Assembly (NCBI GenBank): GCA_046482545.1
Contig: JAWOEX010000007.1
Location: forward strand, 1 to 33,800
Direction of reading: 5' to 3'
From: Candidatus Thorarchaeota archaeon
GTDB taxonomy: Archaea > Asgardarchaeota > Thorarchaeia > Thorarchaeales > Thorarchaeaceae
DNA length: 33,800 nucleotides
The notes beneath the pieces were generated by a model that saw only the letters and a list, made by a program, of their open reading frames with translations, made no database searches and was not told the DNA's origin. The translations under genes were made by a program, and so were the position numbers. This document shows, piece by piece, positions 19,671-28,478 of the stretch; within the stretch, counting starts at the first letter, position 1, and each line of letters starts with the position of its first letter.

Positions 19671-19730
19671 ACGGGCCTACGGGTACCAAGAGGGCGGCAA
19701 CGCTGGCAGGAGAAGGGTGGAACACAGAAG

Positions 19731-19759
19731 TTTCATACAGTTGCTAAAACTGTAAGAAA
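19731..19759. promoter_or_regulatory. Palindrome TTTCATACAGTT-N5-AACTGTAAGAAA (binding site or terminator)
   Basis: 11/12 inverted match; half-site resembles the TCTTACA motif of elements A and B. Confidence 0.45.
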
Positions 19760-19860
19760 TAGGTTATACAGACACATCGAATAAACAGAACAAGTACTGA
19801 GAGACATAAAACCTGACTGAAGAATGGAATATTGTCGTTTATACTTGCCACTCTACAAAT

Positions 19861-20235
19861 TCAGCGAACCTCATTGCGTTTCATACTTGCAACAACGGCA
19901 ATAGCAGCGATTGGGATTCCGATTGCCAGTAAAACGACCGCCAGGATTGCAAGTAATCTTCGGTTTGTAGGGGTTGTATGTGTCGTGTAGTTTGTACTCC
20001 ACAGCCTTGAGACACTCTGAGATGTGTTCTCCCTAGACCATACCCCTAGAGAATTCTAAGCATAGAACCTAATATCCCAGATTACCTTACTGTTGTTGCA
20101 GAGTGTATAGTTGATTGGATCTGATTCATAGACATTGCCCTCTTCATCTTCCCTATGCATACTCATACTCACATTGCGCCAGACACCCTCGGATCGATTG
20201 CTGTAGCTGCCAATCACCGTTATTACTCCGGCTGA
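19861..20235 (-). pseudogene. 3' fragment of a cell-surface protein gene with an in-frame TAG
   Basis: ...AGVITVIGSYSNRSEGVWRNVSM...WDIRFYA*NSLGVWS...TTHTTPT-NRRLLAILAVVLLAIGIPIAAIAVVASMKRNEVR*: Thr-rich linker, C-terminal TM anchor, basic tail; TAG at 20056-20058. Confidence 0.7.
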
Positions 20236-20435
20236 GCATCTACGGTGTCGGCCACCTGATTGAGAGCAGGCAGCTCTATGATAGTGACACCAAGAAGTTG
20301 CATTCGACGTATATCATCTTGAACCGGGTCAAGGACTTTTCTACTCGGGCTGACCTCTCGGAGTTCTCGCTGTTTGCAGAGAAGCTCAAAGAGAACAAGG
20401 AGCGGAAGAAGACGAAGCAGTCCTCGAACAGCTGA
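20230..20435 (+). pseudogene. Probable 5'-truncated gene fragment of unknown family
   Basis: Protein-like SIYGVGHLIESRQLYDSDTKKLHSTYIILNRVKDF...KQSSNS* with no credible start; begins where the opposite-strand fragment begins. Confidence 0.35.
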
Positions 20436-20571
20436 CCGGGGGCAGGTGTTAAGGCTGTAGATTTGTTATGCTCGTGACACTGTCTACACTCCCAATATGG
20501 GTGGTTGGATTCCTGCCATACGGGTAGGATATCGACATGATGCATACATGATGGTCTGTCTCCTACACGAA

Positions 20572-20638
20572 CTAGCAGGAAATTTTACAGAAATCTTACA
20601 CTTCTATGCGCCGATTCATTTAGGATTCTGTAAGAATT
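20572..20638. repeat. Element B, inverted copy of element A
   Basis: GCAGGAAATTTTACAGAAATCTTACACTT...TTCTGTAAGAATT; see element A. Confidence 0.7.
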
Positions 20639-20715
20639 CTAATACTCTGGATTGATGGAGAAGATATCAGTAAACAAAACACCAGAAACACAGCCACCAA
20701 CCCTCTTGAGTTCAT
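20620..20715 (-). pseudogene. Orphan signal-peptide N-terminus truncated by element B
   Basis: MNSRGLVAVFLVFCLLISSPSIQSI, then runs into element B and stops (31 aa); GAGG upstream. Confidence 0.5.
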
Positions 20716-21052
20716 TCTCAGCTTTCCTCTTGGCTACTCCCACCAAATAGCTATTGAAAATCCGCTTTTGAAGACATTAACCGGGTTAGGTGCTACGTAT
20801 CCGACCAGCCCGATAGCGGAGGCATGTCCTTTTTTGACAGTAAGGAGCATAACCTCAGTACTATCCATTTCACCAAACCAGAGAACACCGTTTCGACTCT
20901 ACGTACGCCCTACGAGCAGGGGATGCCTCTTGCACTCAATCGTGAACTGCTGACATAGAATCCGCTGATTGATATTAAATACGAGAGAGGGTTGGACGAA
21001 ATAACACGGGCAGTGTTGGATAATATAGAGCATGAGGAATGATTGGTAAAAG

Positions 21053-21166
21053 TGGTGCCGAGGACGAGATTTGAACTCGTGAACTCCTACGAGAACGGAT
21101 GTCTCATCGGAGGCTCGCCAACAGATCTTGAGTCCGTCGCCGTTGGCCGGGCTTGGCTACCTCGGC
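21053..21166 (-). tRNA. tRNA-Leu(CAA) with 26-nt intron at 37/38 (21101-21126), CCA encoded
   Basis: ACGGA-CTCA-AGA-TC...GA-TGAG-ACA-TCCGT is a canonical bulge-helix-bulge; long variable arm; 88 nt after splicing. Confidence 0.95.
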
Positions 21167-21262
21167 ATACGAATCTGGATAAGTGGAGCTTTGTTTATAG
21201 CAGTTTTCCTTGAGCAAAAGCCTCCAACCCATAGTAGAGAATTTGGAACCCGTCGAGATTTC

Positions 21263-21562
21263 TCATTCTACTGAAACTTCTCTTAGGAAGGGTTTGATTT
21301 CCTCATAGAAATCCAGCAAGGCTTTGGCTTTCGGGTCCTCGCTTTGCAGAATGAACAGCCTGATTTGTTTTCCAACTTTGATTTCCTTGATAAGCCCCAT
21401 ATCAACAAGTGGTTGAATGACACGGTGGATTGTGGAATGAGCGAGGTCTGTTTCCGTTGCTATTCTACTCAAATTGAAGAATTCCTTTGGTCTATCAAGA
21501 AAATGTTGAACGACTCTAGTCTGTGCTCGAGACGCAAATAGTTTCTCAAGTAGTTCTCGCAA
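21263..21562 (-). CDS. Winged-helix DNA-binding protein
   Basis: FNLSRIATETDLAHSTIHRVIQPLVDMGLI HTH followed by a wing. Confidence 0.85.
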   Translation of the reverse strand: MRELLEKLFASRAQTRVVQHFLDRPKEFFNLSRIATETDLAHSTIHRVIQPLVDMGLIKEIKVGKQIRLFILQSEDPKAKALLDFYEEIKPFLREVSVE

Positions 21563-21580
21563 TTATAATCAGACTCCAAT

Positions 21581-22273
21581 TCATTTGTTATTGTTGTGTA
21601 TGACAAAGCTACCAATTCTCTCGCCGTTCAGGATTCGTCCTAAGTTACCTACATCTCTGCCATCAAAAAATACGGTCTTGATTTTTGAACGCCTTACAAT
21701 TCGAATTGCTACAGGGTCGAAAAGGTGGTATTCACCTGCACGAGTACCCCCTCGAGAGAGTATATCGTTAAGATCCTCTATAGAAAGCTCCTCCAACAAA
21801 ACAGCATCACCTTCATCTGGGTCTCGATTATAAACCCCCTCAACATTCGTTGCATTCAATAGAATGTCTGCTCCAGTTATCTCTGCGGCCAGTGCTGCTA
21901 CTGCGTTTGTAGATTGACCGGGGGTAAGTCCACCCATGAACACAACTCGCCCGGATTGCATTGCCGCCTCCAGTTCATCAATGCTTTCTACCACCTCAGG
22001 ATACGCTTTGTCTCCTAGAGCTATTGTGAACAACTCAGCGTTTTTTCGGGCAAGATCAATTCCTAAGAAATCACAATTGGATTCACTGCCTCCCAGAGCT
22101 CGTGCGGCGGCAATGAACTCGCGGGCCGATGCTCCTCCGCCTGTGATAACCACAAAATCATGTCCTGCCCTGAGGGCCTCCTCTATTGATTTCGAATATT
22201 CTCTTATCACATCAACCTGAATACGATTGTCTTGATACAGGAGTGATCCTCCAATTTTAAGAACGACTCGCAT
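21581..22273 (-). CDS. pyrH: UMP kinase
   Basis: MRVVLKIGGS, TGGG, PGQSTNAVAA, TNVEGVY..DP; archaeal type. Confidence 0.94.
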   Translation of the reverse strand: MRVVLKIGGSLLYQDNRIQVDVIREYSKSIEEALRAGHDFVVITGGGASAREFIAAARALGGSESNCDFLGIDLARKNAELFTIALGDKAYPEVVESIDELEAAMQSGRVVFMGGLTPGQSTNAVAALAAEITGADILLNATNVEGVYNRDPDEGDAVLLEELSIEDLNDILSRGGTRAGEYHLFDPVAIRIVRRSKIKTVFFDGRDVGNLGRILNGERIGSFVIHNNNK

Positions 22274-22682
22274 GGTCCGGCCTCTCGCAATATTTCGCAT
22301 TACTTTGCTTGCTGATGGCAACCTAAAGAAGTTTTCCTGAATAGACACACTTTACGATATTTCGACACCCCATGAAGGGTTGATTTCTTTTGAGGTTTAG
22401 GTTGCTTGCCACCAGACGACTTATGAATAACATATTTGAATGAATCGTCACTATAGTTAATGAGATATGATAAATCTTCACAAGTATGACAACTCTGCAT
22501 GGTATTGCTGGAGTTGCTGCTGTGGGTGGATTGATTATTGGCGCGTTGGCGATGAAAAGATACTATCCCTGACTGGAGTGGCCAATTTGGGTTGTCCATA
22601 AGCCTTTTAGGAGCAATGAGTTTTCCGATTCAAAGGCGGACCTAGGTCCACACCTTGCTGACATCAAGGAGAGTCAACGATT

Positions 22683-25148
22683 TTGCCAAAGAAGTTCAGT
22701 CCCAAAATTCAATCTAAGAGATGGAGACCAGAATCCGAAGAAGCCATTCTGGATTTCTGGAAAGTTGAAAACACATACAAATTCAATCCTGAGTCAGATG
22801 AAAAAATCTACTCAGTCGATACTCCCCCTCCGTATCTGTCTGGGCCAATGCATATTGGTCAGATGCTGCATTATTGTCAAATAGACCAGATTGCTAGGTA
22901 TAGACGAATGCAAGGTCTAGAAGTCAACTTCCCTCTTGGAATAGACCGGAACGGTTTGCCCGTGGAGTTGCGAGTGGAGAAGGAGTTCGGTATGGATATG
23001 CATACCACTCCAAGAGGAGAGTTCGTAGCAAAATGCAGGGAACAACTGGACAAGTATGAGGACGAGGTGCTCGATGGCTTCAAGCGCCTTGGAATCGGTT
23101 TCAATACCTACGAAGATGAAGGCTCTTATCGAACCGATAGCCCCCGATACAGGGCTCTTACCCAAGCTACGTTCATCGAACTCTGGAACAAGGGCTTGGT
23201 CTACAGTGACTACCGCCCCAACAACTGGTGCTTTGAGTGTGGAACCACTATTGCTGATGCGGAAGTGGAATATACTGAGCGTCCCACAACACTGAGCTAT
23301 CTACGATTCGATGTGGACGGAAAAGAACCACTAACTATTGCTACTACTCGCCCTGAACTGCTATGTGCATGTGGAGCTGTTTTCATCCATCCTGATGATG
23401 AACGGTATGAAGGCTATGAAGGTGAAACAGCAAATATTCCTCTTTTTGACAAGAAAGTACCAATAATTGCAAGTCCTACTGCGGATACGGAATTTGGGAC
23501 CGGAGCCCTCATGGTGTGTAGCTATGGTGATCAGGCTGATGTTATGGCATTCAGAGATTACACATTGGAGCCCGTTGCTGCTATTTCACCGGAAGGCAAG
23601 ATGACTGAGGCTGCAGGAAAGTATCAGGGCATGACGATTGAGGCGGCCAACAAAGCCATAATCCAAGACCTAGATGAAAAGGGGTATCTGCTGAAGCAGG
23701 AAGAGACTGTGCAAAGAGCTCCGCTCTGCTGGAGGAGTAAGACCCCCATAGAGTTCATTGCTATGGATGAGTACTATGTGAAACAGACCCAGTTCGTTGA
23801 TGATTTGAAGGAAATTGTGGATGAGATAGATTTCTATCCCTCTCATCACAAGCAAATCCTCATCAATTGGCTCAACAGGGTGTCTGTGGACTGGCCAGTA
23901 AGCCGACGGAGATACTACGGAACTGAGCTTCCTATCTGGTATTGCAATAGCTGCGGGGAGCCTGTTGTACCTGATAACGACGAGTTGGAATATTACCAGC
24001 CTTGGAAAGAAGATCCTCCATTTGAGAAATGTCCCAAGTGTGGAGCAACAGAGGGTTTCAAAGGCGAGGAACGAACATTTGATACATGGATGGACTCGTC
24101 CATTTCATGTCTGCAGATAATCGAATATATGCGTGATGAAGAGCTGTTTGAGAAAGCCTTTGGAAATGTAATCAGACCACAGGGGAAGGATATTGTGAGA
24201 ACCTGGTTGTACTACTCTCTTCTTAGAACCTATCAACTCCTTGAAGAACCAGCTTTCAAAGAGGTATGGATTTCTGGACACGTTGTGGATGAGAACGGGG
24301 AGAAAATGAGTAAATCGCGTGGCAATTCACCACCCCCCCAACCATTTATTGATGAGTACGGGGCTGATGCAATTCGTATGTTTGGAGTTCTGGAAGCAGG
24401 GCTGGGCAGTGATATCCGCTTCTCGGAAAATCGATTGGCGGGTGTATCTAAATTCATGACAAAGCTTTGGAACATAGCGAGATTCATATCCATGTTTCCA
24501 ATACTCGATGGGATGAAGTTTGGTGATTTGACACAAGTAGACCAGTGGATTTTAGCAGAGGTAAACCGTCTCATTGAAGTAATTACTCCTGAATGTGAGA
24601 GACTCGATTTTCACAAACCTGCTATAGAACTCCGTAGTTTCACATGGAATTTCTTTGCAGACCACATCCTAGAATTGTTGAAGGGCCGCTGCTTCAATAG
24701 TGATGATTTATTCAATAAAGCGGAACAGAAATCTGCTTGGTACACCCTGCATCAAACCCTTCAGATAATCCTAAGAGCCATGGCTCCAATGACTCCGTTC
24801 ATCACCGACAAGATTTATCGTGAGCTCTATGATGAAGAGGGTATTCATGAGCAGCGATATCCAACACCCAATGACGAATGGACTTCTGGCATGACTGATT
24901 ATACTGCTCTTCTACGGAGCGCCAATGCTGGTTTCTGGAAGTTCAAGCGAGAAAACAATCTGTCTCTCCGTCAGGGTCTGCCTGAAGCTGTTGTTCCAAA
25001 AGAGCTGAACCCATGGGAGAAAGATCTCATAGCAATGCATGGTATCGAGCAGCTGAGATTTGGGACGCCTGATGGGGCAGACTTGGTACAAGTGGAGCTA
25101 CCCGATTCAGATCAGAGAATATACATTCGCCCTCCAGCTGAAGATTGA
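22683..25148 (+). CDS. valS: Valine--tRNA ligase
   Basis: DTPPPY, HIGQ, ATTRPELL, GTG, DWPVSRRRYYG, DTWMDSS, KMSKSRGN; TTG start after AGGAG. Confidence 0.95.
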   Translation: MPKKFSPKIQSKRWRPESEEAILDFWKVENTYKFNPESDEKIYSVDTPPPYLSGPMHIGQMLHYCQIDQIARYRRMQGLEVNFPLGIDRNGLPVELRVEKEFGMDMHTTPRGEFVAKCREQLDKYEDEVLDGFKRLGIGFNTYEDEGSYRTDSPRYRALTQATFIELWNKGLVYSDYRPNNWCFECGTTIADAEVEYTERPTTLSYLRFDVDGKEPLTIATTRPELLCACGAVFIHPDDERYEGYEGETANIPLFDKKVPIIASPTADTEFGTGALMVCSYGDQADVMAFRDYTLEPVAAISPEGKMTEAAGKYQGMTIEAANKAIIQDLDEKGYLLKQEETVQRAPLCWRSKTPIEFIAMDEYYVKQTQFVDDLKEIVDEIDFYPSHHKQILINWLNRVSVDWPVSRRRYYGTELPIWYCNSCGEPVVPDNDELEYYQPWKEDPPFEKCPKCGATEGFKGEERTFDTWMDSSISCLQIIEYMRDEELFEKAFGNVIRPQGKDIVRTWLYYSLLRTYQLLEEPAFKEVWISGHVVDENGEKMSKSRGNSPPPQPFIDEYGADAIRMFGVLEAGLGSDIRFSENRLAGVSKFMTKLWNIARFISMFPILDGMKFGDLTQVDQWILAEVNRLIEVITPECERLDFHKPAIELRSFTWNFFADHILELLKGRCFNSDDLFNKAEQKSAWYTLHQTLQIILRAMAPMTPFITDKIYRELYDEEGIHEQRYPTPNDEWTSGMTDYTALLRSANAGFWKFKRENNLSLRQGLPEAVVPKELNPWEKDLIAMHGIEQLRFGTPDGADLVQVELPDSDQRIYIRPPAED

Positions 25149-25194
25149 GGCATATCTTTCAATGGGATTGATTGCATAGAGATCCGTTCATTCT

Positions 25195-25632
25195 CTATGC
25201 AATTTCTACCTTGTTGATATGTTCTGTTTTGCATTTCATGCTGTTAGAGACTAGGCAATACTTCCCTGCCAGCTCTAATGCTCTCTCAGCTTTCTTTTTG
25301 AGACGCTCAGTTCCAACCTTGACTGTAGATCTTAGAATGATTTTGGTGAATTCAAAACCCTTCTCAACTCGTTCTAGAGTCCCTTCTCCCTCGCAGTGAA
25401 ATGACTCGAACTCAAACCGCATCTTCTTTGAAAATGTAACGAATGTGGTCATTAAACACGTTGTTGCAGAAGCCACAAACATATCCTCTGGTGAGATTAT
25501 CCCCTTGGGTCCGTCAAACTCCGGCGGAGATGCAATTTTGATATTCGCTTTTCCCTCGATTTTCAACTCTCCAACAACATCGTGCTCCCAGTCTACTGCC
25601 ACTTGGTATTTGTGAGTCTCTTCGCTCAACAT
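25195..25632 (-). CDS. OsmC/Ohr family protein
   Basis: PEFDG, SPEDMFVASATTC, KYCLVSNS. Confidence 0.88.
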   Translation of the reverse strand: MLSEETHKYQVAVDWEHDVVGELKIEGKANIKIASPPEFDGPKGIISPEDMFVASATTCLMTTFVTFSKKMRFEFESFHCEGEGTLERVEKGFEFTKIILRSTVKVGTERLKKKAERALELAGKYCLVSNSMKCKTEHINKVEIA

Positions 25633-25681
25633 AATCACAAGAATAAAGAAGAAATCACGAAGAAAAAGATTCCCAAAGGGC

Positions 25682-26125
25682 TTACTTAACCACAATCTCG
25701 TGTTCGTGTTCCCTTGGACACTTCATGCTGTTGGCCACAAAACAATACTTGTCGCCGAGCTCGAGGGCACGCTCGATTTTATTTCGTAGGGTTTCGTCCT
25801 TGATGGTAATTGTTGATTTCATATTGATTTTCGTAATCTCGAAGCTTCGTCCGACTTTCTCTAGGCGACCGGTGGCTTCTACCTCAAATGCCTTAAATTC
25901 GATGTGCATCTTCTTTGTGAAGACCGCGAATGAATTCATAAAACATAGAGCGGCTGAAGACACGAAAAGTTCTTCAGGATTGTATAGGTGTGATTGCTCT
26001 TTGAATACAGATGGCCTTGAAACTTGTATCGGATCTTTTCCTTCTACAAGTACGGCACTTCTGCCATTGTAATCCCAGATAATCTTAGCATTGTAATAGT
26101 GATTTTCCTCGGTCAATATTATCAC
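25682..26125 (-). CDS. OsmC/Ohr family protein (tandem paralogue)
   Basis: NPEELFVSSAALC, KYCFVANS. Confidence 0.88.
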   Translation of the reverse strand: MIILTEENHYYNAKIIWDYNGRSAVLVEGKDPIQVSRPSVFKEQSHLYNPEELFVSSAALCFMNSFAVFTKKMHIEFKAFEVEATGRLEKVGRSFEITKINMKSTITIKDETLRNKIERALELGDKYCFVANSMKCPREHEHEIVVK

Positions 26126-26262
26126 CAGAATCTTCTATTGTGCAGTGATATGAAAAAGGATTTGTATGTAACTGATAAGCGGGATAGATATTTCAACTGG
26201 CAGAATTATGAATGTCCATCCTAATTACAGTCTTGAATACGAACAATCGAGGCGAAGTAACA

Positions 26263-27012
26263 ATGAGTGACAGAGAAATCGAAGTGGATCTGTGGAGCAC
26301 AGATATGCACAAAGTTGAGATTGGTATAAAAAAACAAGAAGAATACAGAGCCAAGTCTAGGCACTTTACAAAGGATACTGACATCCTTGGCAAGGTATCA
26401 GGGGCCATGGAAGGCTACATCACAATCAGGATTGATCCATGGGACCAAGAGCCCCCATCACAACGGCTAATCATGAGGCTTTTTACAGAATCCATGAACT
26501 GGAAAGGATCCTTAGAGGAGCTGGTTGCCCAAGCAATGGCCCGCACACTAGCAACTGGACATGGTGTGCCCACCTTCACTATTATTCTTAACAACAAGGA
26601 TTATCTTGTCCCGCTTGAGCGCGCATTCTCGCCATCATTGCTTAACAAAGAAATCTATTCCTTCATGATTATGGATGACGGGGAATTCAAGGCATATCAT
26701 ATCATCGCAGACCGGTTCAGCTTAGGGGGTAATTTTACAGTAAAGGATCATTATGGGGAGAAAATTGCTTCTATTGATGGCTCAATAATGGATTTCGGAG
26801 GGAAGTGGAAAATCAAGACTTTTGAAGACAAACCTGTTCCCTTAACGTTTGAGCAAGTATTGGTTCTATTTTGCGCATCTATTAAACATCTCAATAAAAT
26901 AAAGAAGCGACTTGAATCCTGTGCTAAGCGTCTAAGCAAGAATGACGCTGAAATGGACATCAACAGACAAGAAATACGTCTATATGGGAATCCTCGACGG
27001 CTTGAATATTGA
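26263..27012 (+). CDS. Hypothetical protein, C-terminus reminiscent of LURP-one/scramblase (tubby-like) repeats
   Basis: IIADRFSLGGNFTVKD..GEKIASIDGSIMDFGGKWKI beta-repeat followed by a hydrophobic helix. Confidence 0.55.
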   Translation: MSDREIEVDLWSTDMHKVEIGIKKQEEYRAKSRHFTKDTDILGKVSGAMEGYITIRIDPWDQEPPSQRLIMRLFTESMNWKGSLEELVAQAMARTLATGHGVPTFTIILNNKDYLVPLERAFSPSLLNKEIYSFMIMDDGEFKAYHIIADRFSLGGNFTVKDHYGEKIASIDGSIMDFGGKWKIKTFEDKPVPLTFEQVLVLFCASIKHLNKIKKRLESCAKRLSKNDAEMDINRQEIRLYGNPRRLEY

Positions 27013-27085
27013 GTTGTCAATAGATTCTCTGCTTTCGAGACGCATAACCGATATTAGCTCCAATCCCTGTTGTTCTAGTATATGC

Positions 27086-27919
27086 CTATGTTTCTACTGA
27101 TGGAGGACCTTTCCCTACTTTGCCTAATGTATTCTCTAAGTCCTGCTCCATTACCATCTCAAGGTACCATGTCACACCCGCATCCGAATAGTCCTCGATC
27201 CAAGTGCTATTGTCCTCTCTTCCACTACGCTGTCCCATCATTATCATGTCGAATGGCGTTTCTTCTGTTCGATGCCTATTCACGTAATGAAAAATTTCTT
27301 GAAAATCCGCCGGTGACATGCGTTCATCATGTCCAATGGGGAAGACACCATCATATCGTGCTGCTCTCTTGACAGGGGCTTTTCGAGAGAACCAGCTTGC
27401 ACACCAGATTGGGATTCGTGGTTGTTGAACCGGGCACGGCTTGAATGTGATTTCCTCGATATGGTAGTGTTTTCCATCATAGGAAAATGGCTTTCCACTC
27501 CATAACCCCTCAAGTATCTCAAGGCTCTCATCCAGCTTTTCTGCACGAATGTGGACATCAGATTCTTCCCCGAAGCATTCGAACTCATTTTCCGGAGGAT
27601 GTCCAAGCCCTACTCCCAGTACCAGCCGACCACCTGACAGGATATCCAGTGAAACGGTTTCTCGTGCTACCTTCTGGGGTCGACGTCTTGGAAGCGGTGT
27701 GACAGCTGTCCCTATGTTCATTTTCTCAGTATTGGCAGCAATAGCAGCAAGTATAATCCAAGGATCAGCCACCTTTTTTGATGCCCCGCCCTCCGGATAT
27801 ATATGGTCCCACAAGAAGAAACCATCCCACCCCGATTCTTCGGCTGCCTGAGCAAGCTCTACGAACTTCTGTGGATTCCCGTCGAGCGCGAAATTGGCAA
27901 TATAGATACCCGTTTTCAT
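27086..27919 (-). CDS. LLM-class (luciferase-like, possibly F420-dependent) oxidoreductase
   Basis: GWDGFFLWDH, DPW, TPLPRRRP, LDILSGGRLVLGVGLG, PVQQPRIPIW. Confidence 0.9.
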   Translation of the reverse strand: MKTGIYIANFALDGNPQKFVELAQAAEESGWDGFFLWDHIYPEGGASKKVADPWIILAAIAANTEKMNIGTAVTPLPRRRPQKVARETVSLDILSGGRLVLGVGLGHPPENEFECFGEESDVHIRAEKLDESLEILEGLWSGKPFSYDGKHYHIEEITFKPCPVQQPRIPIWCASWFSRKAPVKRAARYDGVFPIGHDERMSPADFQEIFHYVNRHRTEETPFDMIMMGQRSGREDNSTWIEDYSDAGVTWYLEMVMEQDLENTLGKVGKGPPSVET

Positions 27920-27990
27920 TACGGTTACTCTCTTTCGATTTGTAGAAGATATTTTGTATTAAGGTTGCGAGGACCTTCTCAGCCAGAAAA

Positions 27991-28066
27991 TGGTGGACCG
28001 GGTGGGATTTGAACCCACGCCCTCTTGATTGCGAACCAAGCGATCTGCCAGCTGATCTACCGGCCC
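27991..28066 (-). tRNA. tRNA-Ala(CGC), CCA encoded
   Basis: GGGCCGG/CCGGTCC acceptor with G3:U70; anticodon arm CTTGG-TTCGCAA-TCAAG. Confidence 0.96.
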
Positions 28067-28193
28067 ACGTCTTTACCGAAGCCTAGAACAAGGCAATCCA
28101 CGCGACTCTAGCGATGGGCATTCCCTACACCGATGTCAACTTGATTCATCTTAAAATCCTGCCGAATCCACTATTGCTTGTTCTCATTTCTGG

Positions 28194-28478
28194 CTAGACT
28201 TCTATTCCAAATGCTTCAGAGAAACGTTCTACTTTCTTAAATTCCTGAAGGAACTCTCTACCCTTTTCTGTAAGGGCATAAACGCGTGTATTCTCATCGA
28301 TATCATTTTCAAGAATAAGTCTCTTTTCCATAAGCTCATCCAGATACTGGGTCAGGCGGTCATGTGACAGATTTGCTTCGTAGAGAATCCTTGTAGGGCC
28401 TACACCATTACTGCCTTCACGCTTTATCGTACGCATCATATCAACCAAGATTCGGATTTTTGATCGATATTTCGTCAT
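28194..28478 (-). CDS. Winged-helix transcription regulator
   Basis: RSKIRILVDM..GPTRILYEANLS..YLDEL..Y.LTEKG; ATGA overlap with the upstream gene. Confidence 0.85.
   Translation of the reverse strand: MTKYRSKIRILVDMMRTIKREGSNGVGPTRILYEANLSHDRLTQYLDELMEKRLILENDIDENTRVYALTEKGREFLQEFKKVERFSEAFGIEV

Noticed and set aside
19330-19690. ncRNA as RNase P/MRP, SRP RNA or a group I/II intron
   Set aside because: GAAGUCCCC superficially resembles CR-I, but the P4 partner (CACGGGCCU) pairs poorly and the motif has better local partners. I found no SRP helix 8 motif, group II domain V or group I P7 signature.
20056-20058. In-frame TAG as a pyrrolysine codon
   Set aside because: The gene is also broken at its 5' end and no pyl genes are in the window; pseudogenisation is simpler.
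20276-20545. CxxCH (CRQCH) as a c-type heme motif
   Set aside because: No signal peptide; context (RPSC...WECRQC) looks like a decayed Zn ribbon; the rest of the ORF overlaps an opposite-strand fragment.
19100-21080. Integrated element with an att duplication of the tRNA-Leu 3' end
   Set aside because: No second copy of the tRNA 3' sequence and no integrase seen.
22848-22862. HIGQ instead of HIGH in ValRS
   Set aside because: Variation at this position occurs in archaeal ValRS; all other motifs are intact.
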